The notes: generated from the sequence alone by a model not told the origin. DNA of 64,000 nucleotides from Gammaproteobacteria bacterium (GCA_965277715.1 OZ255836.1:3232001-3296000), one strand, 5' to 3'; shown: positions 20,398 through 30,716, counted from the stretch's first letter. Numbers and translations are program-made.

Positions 20398-21564
20398 ATG
20401 GATCTATCACTAAGCCACCGCGAAAAAGCCCTTTCCAAAAAAGGCCGGGATTTTTTTGAGCAGGTATTACAACCACTGGAAATGGTCGTGGAAGAACACG
20501 GCCATTTGCCTGAAACATACCATGAACCACTCAAAGAAAACGTGCGCGAATGGGGGTTAGCCGGAATCAATCACACACAGGCGCATGGCGGTCTAGACTT
20601 GACTATACTGGAACAAACAGTGATTGAAGAGCAGCTAGGGCGCGCAACTAACGGCTTGTGGACGTGTGTCTGGCGCCCCCCGGTGAGCCTCAAATTTGGC
20701 ACCCCTGAACAAATAGAAAAATACCTTATCCCCTGTAACCAGGGGCACAGCCGGGCCTGCTTTGCGATAACGGAACCCAATTCCGGGTCAGATAATCGCC
20801 TGGTTGAAACCACCGCTGCACGCGACGGGGACGGCTGGCGGCTCAATGGTGAAAAATGGTTTGTGACCAGCTATAGCGGATCAAACATCATTATTGTGCA
20901 CGCCCATGTCGACAATGACCCCGATAAACCCACCCTCTTTATCGTTGCCAAAGACAACCCCGGCGTACAGCATATACGTTCACCCAAATTTACCCACAAC
21001 TACCCTTTTGACCACGCAGAATTAAAGTTTGAACACTGCTACGTACACGATAAAGACAGGCTCGGCGATGTCGGTCAGGGGTTTGAGTTGACCAAAGACT
21101 GGTTTGTTGAGGCGCGCCTGCAAATTTCCGCACATACCTTAGGCGCCGCAATAAGAGCGACGGAAGAGGCCAATAAATACGCAGCAGACCGGGTGCAGTT
21201 TGGTCAGCCAATCCGGGATTTTCAGTCGGTCGAGAATATGCTGGCCGATATGGCAGTGGATATTTACGCGGGTAAGACCATGCTGTACAGGCTGGCAGCA
21301 GAGATGGATAGCGGGCTGGACCGAAAGATAATACACGCACGCGCCAGCGCGCTGAAACTCTTTTGTTCAGAAATGGCCGGTCGGGTCATCGATAAAGCCG
21401 TGCAAATTCATGGTGGGCGCGGGTATATGCGCGAGTATTCAGTCGAGCGTGCCTACCGGGATATCCGGGTAGACCGGATTTGGGAGGGAACCTCTGAAAT
21501 ACAGCGCAGAGTCATTGCCGGACAAATTAAGAAGCGTGGCGTTGATATTTACACAGGCTGGTAA
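20398..21564 (+). CDS. Acyl-CoA dehydrogenase
   Basis: FAITEPNSGSD, LNGEKWFVT, RVQFGQPI, QIHGGRGY, IWEGTSEIQ. Confidence 0.95.
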   Translation: MDLSLSHREKALSKKGRDFFEQVLQPLEMVVEEHGHLPETYHEPLKENVREWGLAGINHTQAHGGLDLTILEQTVIEEQLGRATNGLWTCVWRPPVSLKFGTPEQIEKYLIPCNQGHSRACFAITEPNSGSDNRLVETTAARDGDGWRLNGEKWFVTSYSGSNIIIVHAHVDNDPDKPTLFIVAKDNPGVQHIRSPKFTHNYPFDHAELKFEHCYVHDKDRLGDVGQGFELTKDWFVEARLQISAHTLGAAIRATEEANKYAADRVQFGQPIRDFQSVENMLADMAVDIYAGKTMLYRLAAEMDSGLDRKIIHARASALKLFCSEMAGRVIDKAVQIHGGRGYMREYSVERAYRDIRVDRIWEGTSEIQRRVIAGQIKKRGVDIYTGW

Positions 21565-21599
21565 GATACCCCGATTGGCCAGAGTTTTTAGCTCCATAC

Positions 21600-22562
21600 C
21601 TACGTGTGCGTTTTTACGTCCTGATACAGCAATTCGCTTATCTGTTGCAATTGGTTGAGATCATCTGCCCGGTGTAATTGGCGAATGGGTACATTCGCCG
21701 CAATTTTGTGAAAATCCGTAAACTCCCGCGCCCGCAATGATGCGTTAATGACACCGTAACCTACGTGGCTGTTTCTCAATAACGTTACCATTTTATCCTG
21801 AGTTGGAATATCGCTTATACATGGTTTCGGGTAATTGTTATCGCGCTGACCCAAGACGTATATCGCTGCCAGCGGCAATGGTTCACGGGAAAATAAAATA
21901 CCGGAATCCAAATAACGTTTATCAATATAGGAGGTGACTTTGCAGAGACTGTCGGGCTCAAATTGTAAGGCCCGCAAAGATTCAGGCCAGAGCCGTATGC
22001 GGGAATAACCCGGCTGTACCCGTATCTGCCGCCCGGAGAAATCAGGTGCGACAACATCATCGGCAAGCACAGACCAACCACTTTTTACCAGAGCGGCAGC
22101 CGTAGTGGATTTCCCCACCTCTTTCTCGCCCACAATGACAACTGCCTTACCGTCTATACCCACCACACTGCCATGAAGACACGACACACCACGCGAACGC
22201 AATACAAACCCCAATCCAGGCCCCAGCAAATAAGCATCAATATCCGCGAGTGGCATATTGTCAGACCAGGAAAGCCAAAGTTGGCCGCTGGTTTGCCCCA
22301 AATACAAAGAAAAGCAGCGTTGCAGGCGTTGAAGCGTAATCTTTACCTGCAAATATGCCTGGTCGTATTTAGCTGAGTACAGGTTAATTTGAGGGTAGTT
22401 ACGCAACCCCGTGTTGTGGATGGATTGCCAATGTAAATCAGCAGGCGGGCTTTTTTCCCAATCTATCTGAATGTCGGTTGTGGCCTGTTTTTTTATTGCC
22501 GTCACACCCTCTAGCGGGCGGGTACTACTGACGGATAAACCATAAATACGATGATAGTGCAT
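21600..22562 (-). CDS. HPr kinase-like P-loop kinase (lasso-cluster type)
   Basis: LHGSVV..GEKEVGKSTT..LADD; RLWPES. Confidence 0.8.
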   Translation of the reverse strand: MHYHRIYGLSVSSTRPLEGVTAIKKQATTDIQIDWEKSPPADLHWQSIHNTGLRNYPQINLYSAKYDQAYLQVKITLQRLQRCFSLYLGQTSGQLWLSWSDNMPLADIDAYLLGPGLGFVLRSRGVSCLHGSVVGIDGKAVVIVGEKEVGKSTTAAALVKSGWSVLADDVVAPDFSGRQIRVQPGYSRIRLWPESLRALQFEPDSLCKVTSYIDKRYLDSGILFSREPLPLAAIYVLGQRDNNYPKPCISDIPTQDKMVTLLRNSHVGYGVINASLRAREFTDFHKIAANVPIRQLHRADDLNQLQQISELLYQDVKTHT

Positions 22563-22579
22563 AAAAGCGTATCTACACG

Positions 22580-23032
22580 TTATCGAGTGGAATTATCTGG
22601 TGGGGTGATAGGCCTTTCGAAAGGTACAAAGCGTTTTGCTACATCGGTGCGGTCGTTAATTGGAATGCCCTTATATTCCAACCAGGCGTGGGCATTGATT
22701 TTCTGCTCTGACCATTGGGCGCCAAACTGCAAATCGGGGTTGACCCCCTGCCCCAACAATAACCAGCGTAACGCCAAAGACTGGGAAAGACACCGACCCG
22801 GCAACCAGCCCCGCCGGGTAAGCGCCGAGTACGCCCAGCGATAGGGTTGGATAAGGCCTTTATGGGCAGCCGCGTCCACGCACGCGGGCAGGCGGGACAA
22901 TAACCTGTAAGTGCGGCTAAAACCAAATAGATAAAGGCATACCTCAACGACAGGCACCAGCAACAGCAACTGAAAGACAATAACAGTTTTCGAGAATGAC
23001 AATGATCGCAAGCGGCGGAGGGATTGATACAT
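22580..23032 (-). CDS. Lasso peptide biosynthesis B2-type leader peptidase (transglutaminase-like)
   Basis: CLSQSLAL ... G ... AHAWLE (Cys/His catalytic pair). Confidence 0.85.
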   Translation of the reverse strand: MYQSLRRLRSLSFSKTVIVFQLLLLVPVVEVCLYLFGFSRTYRLLSRLPACVDAAAHKGLIQPYRWAYSALTRRGWLPGRCLSQSLALRWLLLGQGVNPDLQFGAQWSEQKINAHAWLEYKGIPINDRTDVAKRFVPFERPITPPDNSTR

Positions 23033-23107
23033 TTTTTTACTACACGTACTATACCAAGAGAGTAGACGGCTAAGCAGTCTTCGTCAATAACGACGATACC
23101 TGATTTG

Positions 23108-23288
23108 CTGGGAGCCTGTCGAGTTTAGGCGCCCGTAACGAGGGAAAGACCAATTTGAGTCATTTTTTGCGCACTCTTAAAGAACATAGTGGTTCTATTT
23201 GACGGAATGTTATGCAAAAAAGGTGCATAAAAAAGGGCCAAATCGGCTTTTCCGCAGTAGAGCAGTCCTGAATCTGACAGACACCTAG
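23108..23288. mobile_element. Putative MITE (~181 bp) with imperfect terminal inverted repeats
   Basis: CTGGGAGCCTGTCGAGTTTAGG vs reverse-complemented right end CTAGGTGTCTGTCAGATTCAGG (15/22); internal arms GGAAAGACC.ATTTG / CAAATCGGCTTTTCC. Confidence 0.6.
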
Positions 23289-23447
23289 TATTAGCTTTTG
23301 AATAGCACCCGAATAACAGTACCACAGGTAGTTATGGAAACCATGCTCCAGCACAAAATATGGTACTGCCAATCTATACATGCTCACCCAAAAATTCAGG
23401 TAAAAACGTAATAACACCAGCCCAATAACACGCTGCTTAGGTATCTA

Positions 23448-24674
23448 TTGATGAAGACGAGAACTCCCCCCACGCCACCAGAGCTAGAGATGCTTTTTTT
23501 ATGCGTAAGAGATTTTCTCGGCCAAAATATTGAATCGCAAATCAGTCGCCTGGTAACTGGAGAATTTTCGTGGGAGAAATGCTATCAGCAATCTATCAAT
23601 CACCAAATAACGCCATTAGTCTGGCATCAATTGAAAAAAAGAGACGATCTATCAATACCGCCTTACATCTATCAGGCTTTTGATGATTTTTGTAAAAAAA
23701 ATAACCGTAAAGCATCGATACACAATCTGGAAATTGCAAAAATAGCCCGCGTATTTGCACAGCAGGATATTTCATTTTTTGCATTCAAAGGTATGACGCT
23801 TGCACTACACACATACGGTAGCCTTTCATTGCGCCATGCAGGTGATATAGACCTAATGTTACTGGATGTTGAAATGTTGCCCGCAGCAGATGCACTTATC
23901 CTCGCTTTAGGGTACGAGAGATATCAAAGTCACCCTAAAAACCTAACACCAAAACAAAAAAAATATTTCTATAAGCTATACAAAGATATAGTCTATGTAC
24001 ACCCCATTTCAGGCATTATACTTGAACTACACCACCGTTGGCTTTTATACGAAGAGCTTTTTCCGATGGCGGTAAAGGACGCCTGGAAAAAAAGACAAAC
24101 CATGACGTTAAGCAATACAAAAATATCTTATTTAAACCCGTACGATCATTTACTTTATCTGTTTTGTCACGGCGCAATCAGCGTATGGTTTCGGGCAAAA
24201 TGGCTGGCTGATATAGCCGTTATTATCAAAGACTGGCGCCAATCAGATTTTCAAATATTACGAGATTACGCTGATAAGTTAGGCATAACGAAAATGGTAT
24301 TTACAGGATTGCTATTATCTAACCGATATTATTCAGTACCAAATAATGATTCACTGTCTGTTTTTCAGCAAGGCTATAAAATTGAAAGCGTTGAAAATGC
24401 CTGCCGGTATGTTTCAAGGCAAATAATTACACAAAGCATCCTTATTATGCACACGAAAAAAATGGTTCATAAAGTGCCTGATTCTTATCAATACATTCAA
24501 TACCACTTAGGGCTTAGAGACAATATTCGCTATAAAAAGAATTTACTGTTAGTTCACACAGCCAACATCGATGACTGGAAAATAATAAAACTTCCAGATC
24601 GTTTATTTTTTCTTTACTTCCTATTGCGACCTTTTTTATGGCTTTATCGTCATTACTCTAGAGAACCTAGCTAA
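23448..24674 (+). CDS. Nucleotidyltransferase family protein (NTP_transf_5-like)
   Basis: FKG..LA...YG....R..GDIDL, ELHH, HG...WFR.KWL.D; visibly AT-rich. Confidence 0.82.
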   Translation: MMKTRTPPTPPELEMLFLCVRDFLGQNIESQISRLVTGEFSWEKCYQQSINHQITPLVWHQLKKRDDLSIPPYIYQAFDDFCKKNNRKASIHNLEIAKIARVFAQQDISFFAFKGMTLALHTYGSLSLRHAGDIDLMLLDVEMLPAADALILALGYERYQSHPKNLTPKQKKYFYKLYKDIVYVHPISGIILELHHRWLLYEELFPMAVKDAWKKRQTMTLSNTKISYLNPYDHLLYLFCHGAISVWFRAKWLADIAVIIKDWRQSDFQILRDYADKLGITKMVFTGLLLSNRYYSVPNNDSLSVFQQGYKIESVENACRYVSRQIITQSILIMHTKKMVHKVPDSYQYIQYHLGLRDNIRYKKNLLLVHTANIDDWKIIKLPDRLFFLYFLLRPFLWLYRHYSREPS

Positions 24675-24726
24675 CCCGAATATAATGCCTGAGTTAATTT
24701 CTTTATCCTGCACAACTGCACTGTTA

Positions 24727-24866
24727 GGGAACGTGCACGAAATAATTTCCGCTTTAAAAATATTATTTAAATAATGCGCTGTGTTTTCACAACACATTCA
24801 GCCAGCCCGGATATAAGGTAAATCGGTGCATTTGCAAATCCCGGAATTTATTTCGTGCACACTCCT
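24727..24866. mobile_element. Miniature IS remnant/MITE with inverted ends
   Basis: GTGCACGAAATAATTTCCG ... CGGAATTTATTTCGTGCAC (perfect 13-bp core inverted repeat). Confidence 0.65.
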
Positions 24867-24904
24867 GATATGTATTAGCTTGTGTGCAAATTAATACATG
24901 ATGT

Positions 24905-25330
24905 CTAAGGGCGCAACTCAACCAATAACACAATAGCCACCAGCAACAGCACCGGTACCTCATTAAACCACCGGTACCAGATATGGCTGTGTTGGTTATT
25001 ATCCTGTTTAAAACGCAGCCACAATACAATACACCAACCATGATAAACCACCAGCAGCGCTACCAACGCCAGTTTCCACTGCAACCAGCTTTGCGCGAGC
25101 GCACCCTCCGGGTACAACGCTAACAACCAAAAACCAAAAGCTATAGTCAACACACCACCGGGGGTGGTAATCCCCCATAGCAGCTTACGTTCCATAACTT
25201 TAAACCGCGCAATGCTGATCGCATCTTCTGCACTGGCGTGATACACAAATAAACGCGGCAGATAAAATAACCCGGCGAACCAGGTCACCATAAAAATAAT
25301 ATGGAATGCCTTAATTGTAAGAAAACCCAT
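24905..25330 (-). CDS. hemJ: Protoporphyrinogen IX oxidase HemJ
   Basis: KAFHIIFMVTWFAGLFYLPRLFVYH, MERKL, RWFNEVP. Confidence 0.93.
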   Translation of the reverse strand: MGFLTIKAFHIIFMVTWFAGLFYLPRLFVYHASAEDAISIARFKVMERKLLWGITTPGGVLTIAFGFWLLALYPEGALAQSWLQWKLALVALLVVYHGWCIVLWLRFKQDNNQHSHIWYRWFNEVPVLLLVAIVLLVELRP

Positions 25331-25347
25331 TGCGGTTGTTTTCAGAT

Positions 25348-25860
25348 TTAACTGCTGCGTGCGTCGAGCATCGCGATAATATCGTCACGCAAACGGGCAA
25401 TATCCATTTCACCTATTTTCCTGAAGACAATCCGCCCATCCGGGTGAATAAGGTAATTGCTCGGTGTCAACCGAACACCGTCAAATGCTTTGGCAATGCT
25501 ACCGTCAATATCCAGTGAAATTGTATAAGGCACCTGCCATCGTTGTACTGTTTCCAACACATGGTTGGGTGGGTCATAATCCATCGCCACACCAACAATT
25601 TCCAAACCCCGCTCATGCAGTTCCTTATACAGACTGATCAAGTGTGGCATTTCCTGCATACAGCCAACGCATGAGGTCGCCCAAAACGTCACCAACACCG
25701 GCTTGCCGCGCAAATCATGCAGCGCCAGGTTTTCACCCTTCAGGGTTTTAAATGAAACAGTCGGCGCTTGATTTAAACCACCAGGCGCAAGCCACACATA
25801 AGCAAGTGCCGCTATAAACACCAGCGCAACACCCGCGATACCAATATCTTTGAGTTTCAT
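25348..25860 (-). CDS. TlpA-family thiol:disulfide oxidoreductase
   Basis: N-terminal TM helix, FWATSCVGC.QEMP. Confidence 0.88.
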   Translation of the reverse strand: MKLKDIGIAGVALVFIAALAYVWLAPGGLNQAPTVSFKTLKGENLALHDLRGKPVLVTFWATSCVGCMQEMPHLISLYKELHERGLEIVGVAMDYDPPNHVLETVQRWQVPYTISLDIDGSIAKAFDGVRLTPSNYLIHPDGRIVFRKIGEMDIARLRDDIIAMLDARSS

Positions 25861-26007
25861 AGTGAGACAGTAGACAAAAACAAAATCATAGTCGTTAATA
25901 ACGTTTGTTTACCAGCTTTTTACGCGCTGTTGTAAAAATACTATCGGCATCAGGTACAATTCCTCTTTTTTTGTTGGCACAAAGCCGACCCTGCCAGAGT
26001 AAACACT

Positions 26008-26502
26008 ATGTCTGACGATAATGCACAACCGGAACAACCCACAACACCCCAGCAGCAGTTCAACATTACCAAACTCTATGTAAAAGATGTATCGTTCGAA
26101 TCACCACGGGTACCTGAGCTATTCGCCAACAATACCCAGTGGAACCCACACGTCAATCTGCAACTCAATACCGAGAGCCGCTCTATTGCCGAAGGCCTCT
26201 ATGAAGTGGTGCTCAGCGTAACCGTCACCGCTACTATCGAGGAAAAAACCGCCTATCTCGTGGAAGTAAAGCAAGCGGGCATATTCATCGTTAAAGGCTT
26301 TGATGCATCCGTGCGCGATAATCTGCTGGGCAGTCACTGCCCGAATGGGCTGTTTCCCTTTGCGCGTGAAGTGGTCTCCGGCCTGGTATCAAAGGCGGGG
26401 TTTCCCGTGCTGATGCTCGAACCGATCAATTTCGAGACGCTATACGCCCAACATTTGGCAAAAGCCAGGCAGAATGCGCCAGCCCCCACCACGCCCCAAT
26501 AG
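26008..26502 (+). CDS. secB: Protein-export chaperone SecB
   Basis: LYVKDVSFESP, EVKQAGIF, CP..LFPFARE, PINFE.LY. Confidence 0.96.
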   Translation: MSDDNAQPEQPTTPQQQFNITKLYVKDVSFESPRVPELFANNTQWNPHVNLQLNTESRSIAEGLYEVVLSVTVTATIEEKTAYLVEVKQAGIFIVKGFDASVRDNLLGSHCPNGLFPFAREVVSGLVSKAGFPVLMLEPINFETLYAQHLAKARQNAPAPTTPQ

Positions 26503-26524
26503 CTTTTAGCTTACTTTAATCTCC

Positions 26525-27529
26525 ATGCCTGAAAGCGCACGTATCACCGTTATTGGTGCAGGCTCCTGGGGTACAGCGCTGGCCTGCCATCTCACCAGGA
26601 ACGGTCATTGTGTCAGCTTATGGGGCCGAAACCGTGCTCAGTTGCTGAATATGGCCCGCGAGCGGGTCAATGCCCGCTATCTACCGGGTATGCCGCTGCC
26701 CGCCTCGCTTAATTGTGAGACACAACTGGCGCCTTGTATTACCCGCTGTGATGCGCTGTTGATAGCGACGCCCAGCCACGCTTTTCGCGATACGCTGCAA
26801 ATGATTGCCACTGAAAAATACCCTTTGCTGCCCTTGATATGGGCGTGTAAAGGTCTGGAACCAGGTACAGCACAGCCATTGGATTTATTGGCGCGGGAAA
26901 TTCTCGGTGAATCTTTGTCCAGTGCGGTGATATCCGGCCCCAGCTTTGCCAAAGAACTCATGCAGGGATTACCTACCGCGATTAGCGTCGCTGCGCAAGA
27001 CAGCGCCTTCGCCGAGCGCGTGGCGACCTGGCTGCACAGCGATACTTTTCGCGCCTATTACAGCAGTGATGTTATCGGTGTTGAAATTGCCGGTGCGTTG
27101 AAAAATGTATTTGCGATTGCCGCCGGTATTGCCGATGGCCTCGATTTTGGTGCCAACGCCCGCGCTGCCTTAATTACCCGTGGCCTGGCCGAGCTAATGC
27201 GCCTTGGGGTGGCAATGGGGGGGCAACGGGAAACATTTATGGGGTTGGCCGGCATGGGTGATCTGGTACTGACCTGTACCGATAACCTGTCGCGCAATCG
27301 GCGTATGGGATTAGCACTGGCGCGTGGTTTATCCGTCGAGGCAGCACTTGCTGAAATTGCCCAGGCGGTAGAGGGTGTCGGCACCACACGTGAGGCGATG
27401 CGTTTGTCCCGGCGATACGCCATTGAAATGCCGATAACGGAGCAGATTTATGCCGTGCTCTACGAGCAAAAACCACCACAGCAGGCGGTGCGCGATTTAC
27501 TGGCACGGGAGCCTCGGGCTGAAATTTAA
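26525..27529 (+). CDS. gpsA: NAD(P)H-dependent glycerol-3-phosphate dehydrogenase
   Basis: GAGSWGTALA, GALKN, GLAGMGDLVLTC..SRN; follows secB. Confidence 0.96.
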   Translation: MPESARITVIGAGSWGTALACHLTRNGHCVSLWGRNRAQLLNMARERVNARYLPGMPLPASLNCETQLAPCITRCDALLIATPSHAFRDTLQMIATEKYPLLPLIWACKGLEPGTAQPLDLLAREILGESLSSAVISGPSFAKELMQGLPTAISVAAQDSAFAERVATWLHSDTFRAYYSSDVIGVEIAGALKNVFAIAAGIADGLDFGANARAALITRGLAELMRLGVAMGGQRETFMGLAGMGDLVLTCTDNLSRNRRMGLALARGLSVEAALAEIAQAVEGVGTTREAMRLSRRYAIEMPITEQIYAVLYEQKPPQQAVRDLLAREPRAEI

Positions 27530-27561
27530 CGCCTTTGTGTAAACTAACCAAAGAGAGCACG

Positions 27562-28635
27562 GTGAAAAAATACAAAATTGCAGCGATTCCAGGTGACGGT
27601 ATTGGTACTGAGGTCATTCAGGCAGGCGTTGATGTTTTACATGAGCTGACCACCAAATGCGCTGGCGCCTTTCAGTTCGAGGTCGATTTCTTTGACTGGG
27701 GTTCAAGCTACTACAAAAAGCACGGCGTGATGATGCCCGGTGATGGCCGCGAGCAACTACGGCCTTACGATGCGATCTATTTTGGCGCCGTAGGCGCCCC
27801 CGATGTGCCCGACCATATAACACTATGGGGTTTGCGATTAGCCATCTGCCAATCGTTCGACCAGTACGCGAATGTACGCCCGGCACGGGTGTTACCCGGC
27901 ATAGCCAGCCCCCTGCGAACCGTACAGGGGCCAGAGCTGGACTGGGTTATCGTGCGTGAAAACACTGAAGGTGAATACGCTGGCCAAGGCGGGCGGGCGC
28001 ATGTAGGTCTGCCTGAAGAGGTGGCAACTGAGGTATCCATTTTTACCCGCTCAGGGGTAACGCGGGTAATGCGCTTTGCGTTTGCACTGGCACAGCGCCG
28101 ACCCCGTAAGCGGTTAACCGTTGTCACCAAGTCCAATGCCCAGCGCCATGCGATGGTCATGTGGGACGAAATTGCAGCCAAGGTTGCAACAGAATTTTCA
28201 GACGTGAGCTGGGATAAAATGCTGGTCGATGCCATGACCATGCGCATGACCTTACAGCCTGAAAGCCTGGATACCATCGTCGCGACCAACCTACACGCCG
28301 ACATTTTATCTGACCTGGCCGCTTCCTTTAGCGGCTCTCTGGGCATCGCCCCCACCGCAAACCTGAACCCAGAGCGACAATTTCCTTCAATGTTCGAGCC
28401 GATTCACGGTTCTGCCTTTGATATTACCGGCAAGGGGATTGCAAACCCTATCGGGACCTTTTGGACGGCGGTCTTGATGCTGGAACACCTGGGCGAGGCA
28501 ACAGCATCTGAAATACTAATGCAGGCTATTGAGCGAACGACGGCAAACCCTGCTTTACATACGCCTGATCTTGGCGGAACAGCAACAACTGATGTCGTGA
28601 CGCGTGCTGTTATTGAGTTCATTCGTGGAGATTGA
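27562..28635 (+). CDS. Tartrate/D-malate dehydrogenase (decarboxylating)
   Basis: IPGDGIG, VPDHITLWGL, KSNAQ, FEPIHGSAFDI. Confidence 0.9.
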   Translation: MKKYKIAAIPGDGIGTEVIQAGVDVLHELTTKCAGAFQFEVDFFDWGSSYYKKHGVMMPGDGREQLRPYDAIYFGAVGAPDVPDHITLWGLRLAICQSFDQYANVRPARVLPGIASPLRTVQGPELDWVIVRENTEGEYAGQGGRAHVGLPEEVATEVSIFTRSGVTRVMRFAFALAQRRPRKRLTVVTKSNAQRHAMVMWDEIAAKVATEFSDVSWDKMLVDAMTMRMTLQPESLDTIVATNLHADILSDLAASFSGSLGIAPTANLNPERQFPSMFEPIHGSAFDITGKGIANPIGTFWTAVLMLEHLGEATASEILMQAIERTTANPALHTPDLGGTATTDVVTRAVIEFIRGD

Positions 28636-28671
28636 TGGTTTTTAGACTGCCCCTGGATACAAGGGAGAGAA

Positions 28672-28689
28672 TGGTGGCCAGGGACAGAA
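28672..28689 (-). other. tRNA-Phe-like 3'-end fragment, putative att site
   Basis: Reverse complement TTCTGTCCCTGGCCACCA resembles a gammaproteobacterial tRNA-Phe 3' end; lies 73 bp from an integrase remnant. Confidence 0.6.
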
Positions 28690-28761
28690 AGATTTGCATG
28701 GAGCAAATCTTCATAAGCGATAGCGCACCCGCAGGGTGAGGCGCAAGGACGCGCCGAATAA

Positions 28762-29586
28762 TCTATAAGAAAACTACAATTACCTAACACCAAACAAAAA
28801 ATACATTATGGCGATAACTTAGCTGGGTTTGGTATTAGACTTTTAACATGGTCAAAATCGTTTGTAGTTGTCTACAGAAAGCAAAGACGTACAAAGACAA
28901 TTGGTCGATATCATGATATCAGCTTGTCTGATGCACGCAAAGAAGCGAGGTTGTTTCTTGCGATGCCGCAGACGGCAGTTTCGTCGAAGGGTAATACCTA
29001 TTTTTTTGATGCTGTTTCGAATTTTTTGGAAGAAGCGGAAAGTCGTAACCGTGTGGAAACACTGAGGCAATACCGCCGTCACCTCAAGGCATTTGGAAGT
29101 AAGAAGAAACTTGGTGCTATTACGCGCGACGATATTCGAAATGAATATCCTAACTTCTCAACCATTGTGAAGTTGGCAATTTTGACTGGACAACGACGAT
29201 CTGAAATCGCTTCAATTTTTCCTGATTGGATAGAGAAAGACATATTGGTATTTCCATCATCAATCACAAAAAATAAGCGAACGCATCGAATTCCAATAAC
29301 TCCAAGAGTTTTCAGACTTCTTGAAAGAAGCCCGTTTGGGAAAGGCGATGCATTTAATGGGTGGAGTAACGGCAGGCGTCGTGTTGACAAGGAGGTTAAT
29401 ATTGATCATTGGACACTCCATGACCTACGCCGTACCTTTGCGACCATACACGCGGAAATTGGTACGCCTATCCACATTACTGAACGACTTCTGAACCATG
29501 TATCTGGCACGATCTCTGGAGTGGCTGCTGTCTATAGTCGTCACTCATATATCGGTGAAATGCGTGAAGCGCTTGAAAACTATTAA
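28762..29586 (+). pseudogene. Degraded tyrosine integrase (arm-binding plus catalytic domains; no start codon; apparent internal deletion)
   Basis: Frame open from 28762: DNLAGFGIR..SKSFVVVY..TIGRY..ISLSDARKEAR; catalytic LTGQRRSE, TKN, HDLRRT, LNH, VY. Confidence 0.85.
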
Positions 29587-29751
29587 TGCCATATTTTCAA
29601 ACGATTCGAAGAGATAAAAGACGCCTCGTAAGAGTTAAGGTATCACGTTCACTTGAAAGACTTTATGACAGAAAGAGAAAGTAAAAAGGGAGCCGCCGAC
29701 ATTGTACAAACGATGACTCCCCCACCCCTTGCATAGGAGTTGTCAGTTGAA

Positions 29752-29900
29752 CTATCTAGTTTCCAAAAGTTGCTCAATCCAAGTATCTACTTCTTCACGT
29801 ACCCAGAAGGCTTTTGAATTTTGGCATCCATTTCCTGCGGGTTTAACTCGCTTTGGAAATTGATCTGCGTTCTCTGTTATTTTAGCGTGCTCAATGAAGG
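29752..29900 (-). pseudogene. AlpA-family excisionase remnant
   Basis: ENADQFPKRVKP...KAFWVREEVDTWIEQ; 5' end missing or frameshifted. Confidence 0.65.
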
Positions 29901-29902
29901 TG

Positions 29903-30409
29903 TCAAAACCCATTTTGCTTTAGTTGCTTGACGGTCAAAAATAGACTCCCTTTGGGGTCTCCCGGCACTGCCAAAAATCCTTGTCGTTCGTAGAAAGGTC
30001 TAACATCTGCATATAACGGGTGAGTTAACACGCCGACAATGCCCACAGACTGTGAGATGGCAACCGTGAGTTGCAGGGCGAACTTGAGCAAGTCGGCACC
30101 GAGGCCTTGCCCCTGATATTTAATATCAATGGCGAGCCGTCCTAATATCAAAACCGGTATGGGATCGGGCAGGTTTCGCTGCTTGGTTTTTTGCAAGTAC
30201 GCTCGCTCAATCTGTCCGGTCGCCAAGGTCACATAGCCTGCTACTTGGTCGGTTTCTTTATCAAAAACCACATAGGTACGTGACGCATTTTGGTGCTCAT
30301 TACCCCACGCGTGGCGTTTGAACCAATGATTAAGGCTCTCGTGGCCACAATCAAAATTACCTCGGTTGTCGGTTTGCGCCAGCGGGCGTGGCGCGGTTAT
30401 TTTTCCCAT
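29903..30409 (-). CDS. GNAT acetyltransferase toxin (TacT/AtaT type)
   Basis: FDCG..SLN.W, PIPVLILGRLAID..YQGQGLG..LL, FY...GF. Confidence 0.9.
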   Translation of the reverse strand: MGKITAPRPLAQTDNRGNFDCGHESLNHWFKRHAWGNEHQNASRTYVVFDKETDQVAGYVTLATGQIERAYLQKTKQRNLPDPIPVLILGRLAIDIKYQGQGLGADLLKFALQLTVAISQSVGIVGVLTHPLYADVRPFYERQGFLAVPGDPKGSLFLTVKQLKQNGF

Positions 30410-30663
30410 GCAGGCGGGCGTTGAGAAAGCTTTTTTAAGTTTGGAATATCGGTAGCAGGTGCCGCCAGCATGGCTTCAAAGTTTGCCCACTGATCGGAGG
30501 CAATCTGTACCACTCGACGCTCCATCAACTCTAATTCTGCCCCTTCTAAGGCTTTGCGGCGCATAAATTCGGCCACGGACGAGCGGGTACGTTCGGCGGC
30601 GTGTTGGATCATTATTTTTTCGTCTGGGCTGACTCGGACGCTGAGTATAGAACTAGATGGCAT
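30397..30663 (-). CDS. DUF1778 RHH antitoxin (TacA/AtaR type)
   Basis: LSVRVS..EK..I..AA...S..EF; W..F...L..P; overlaps the toxin start. Confidence 0.9.
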   Translation of the reverse strand: MPSSSILSVRVSPDEKIMIQHAAERTRSSVAEFMRRKALEGAELELMERRVVQIASDQWANFEAMLAAPATDIPNLKKLSQRPPAWEK

Positions 30664-30716
30664 TTTTTTAGATCGGCTATATGTATGTCATTAGCATACA
30701 CATGATTATGCCAATG

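Noticed and set aside
23033-23447. Lasso precursor peptide or the small ORFs here
   Set aside because: No YxxPxL/Thr(-2) leader or suitable core seen; the region is largely a MITE
28672-28760. Complete tRNA gene
   Set aside because: Only 18 nt of a 3' end are present; no D or anticodon arm
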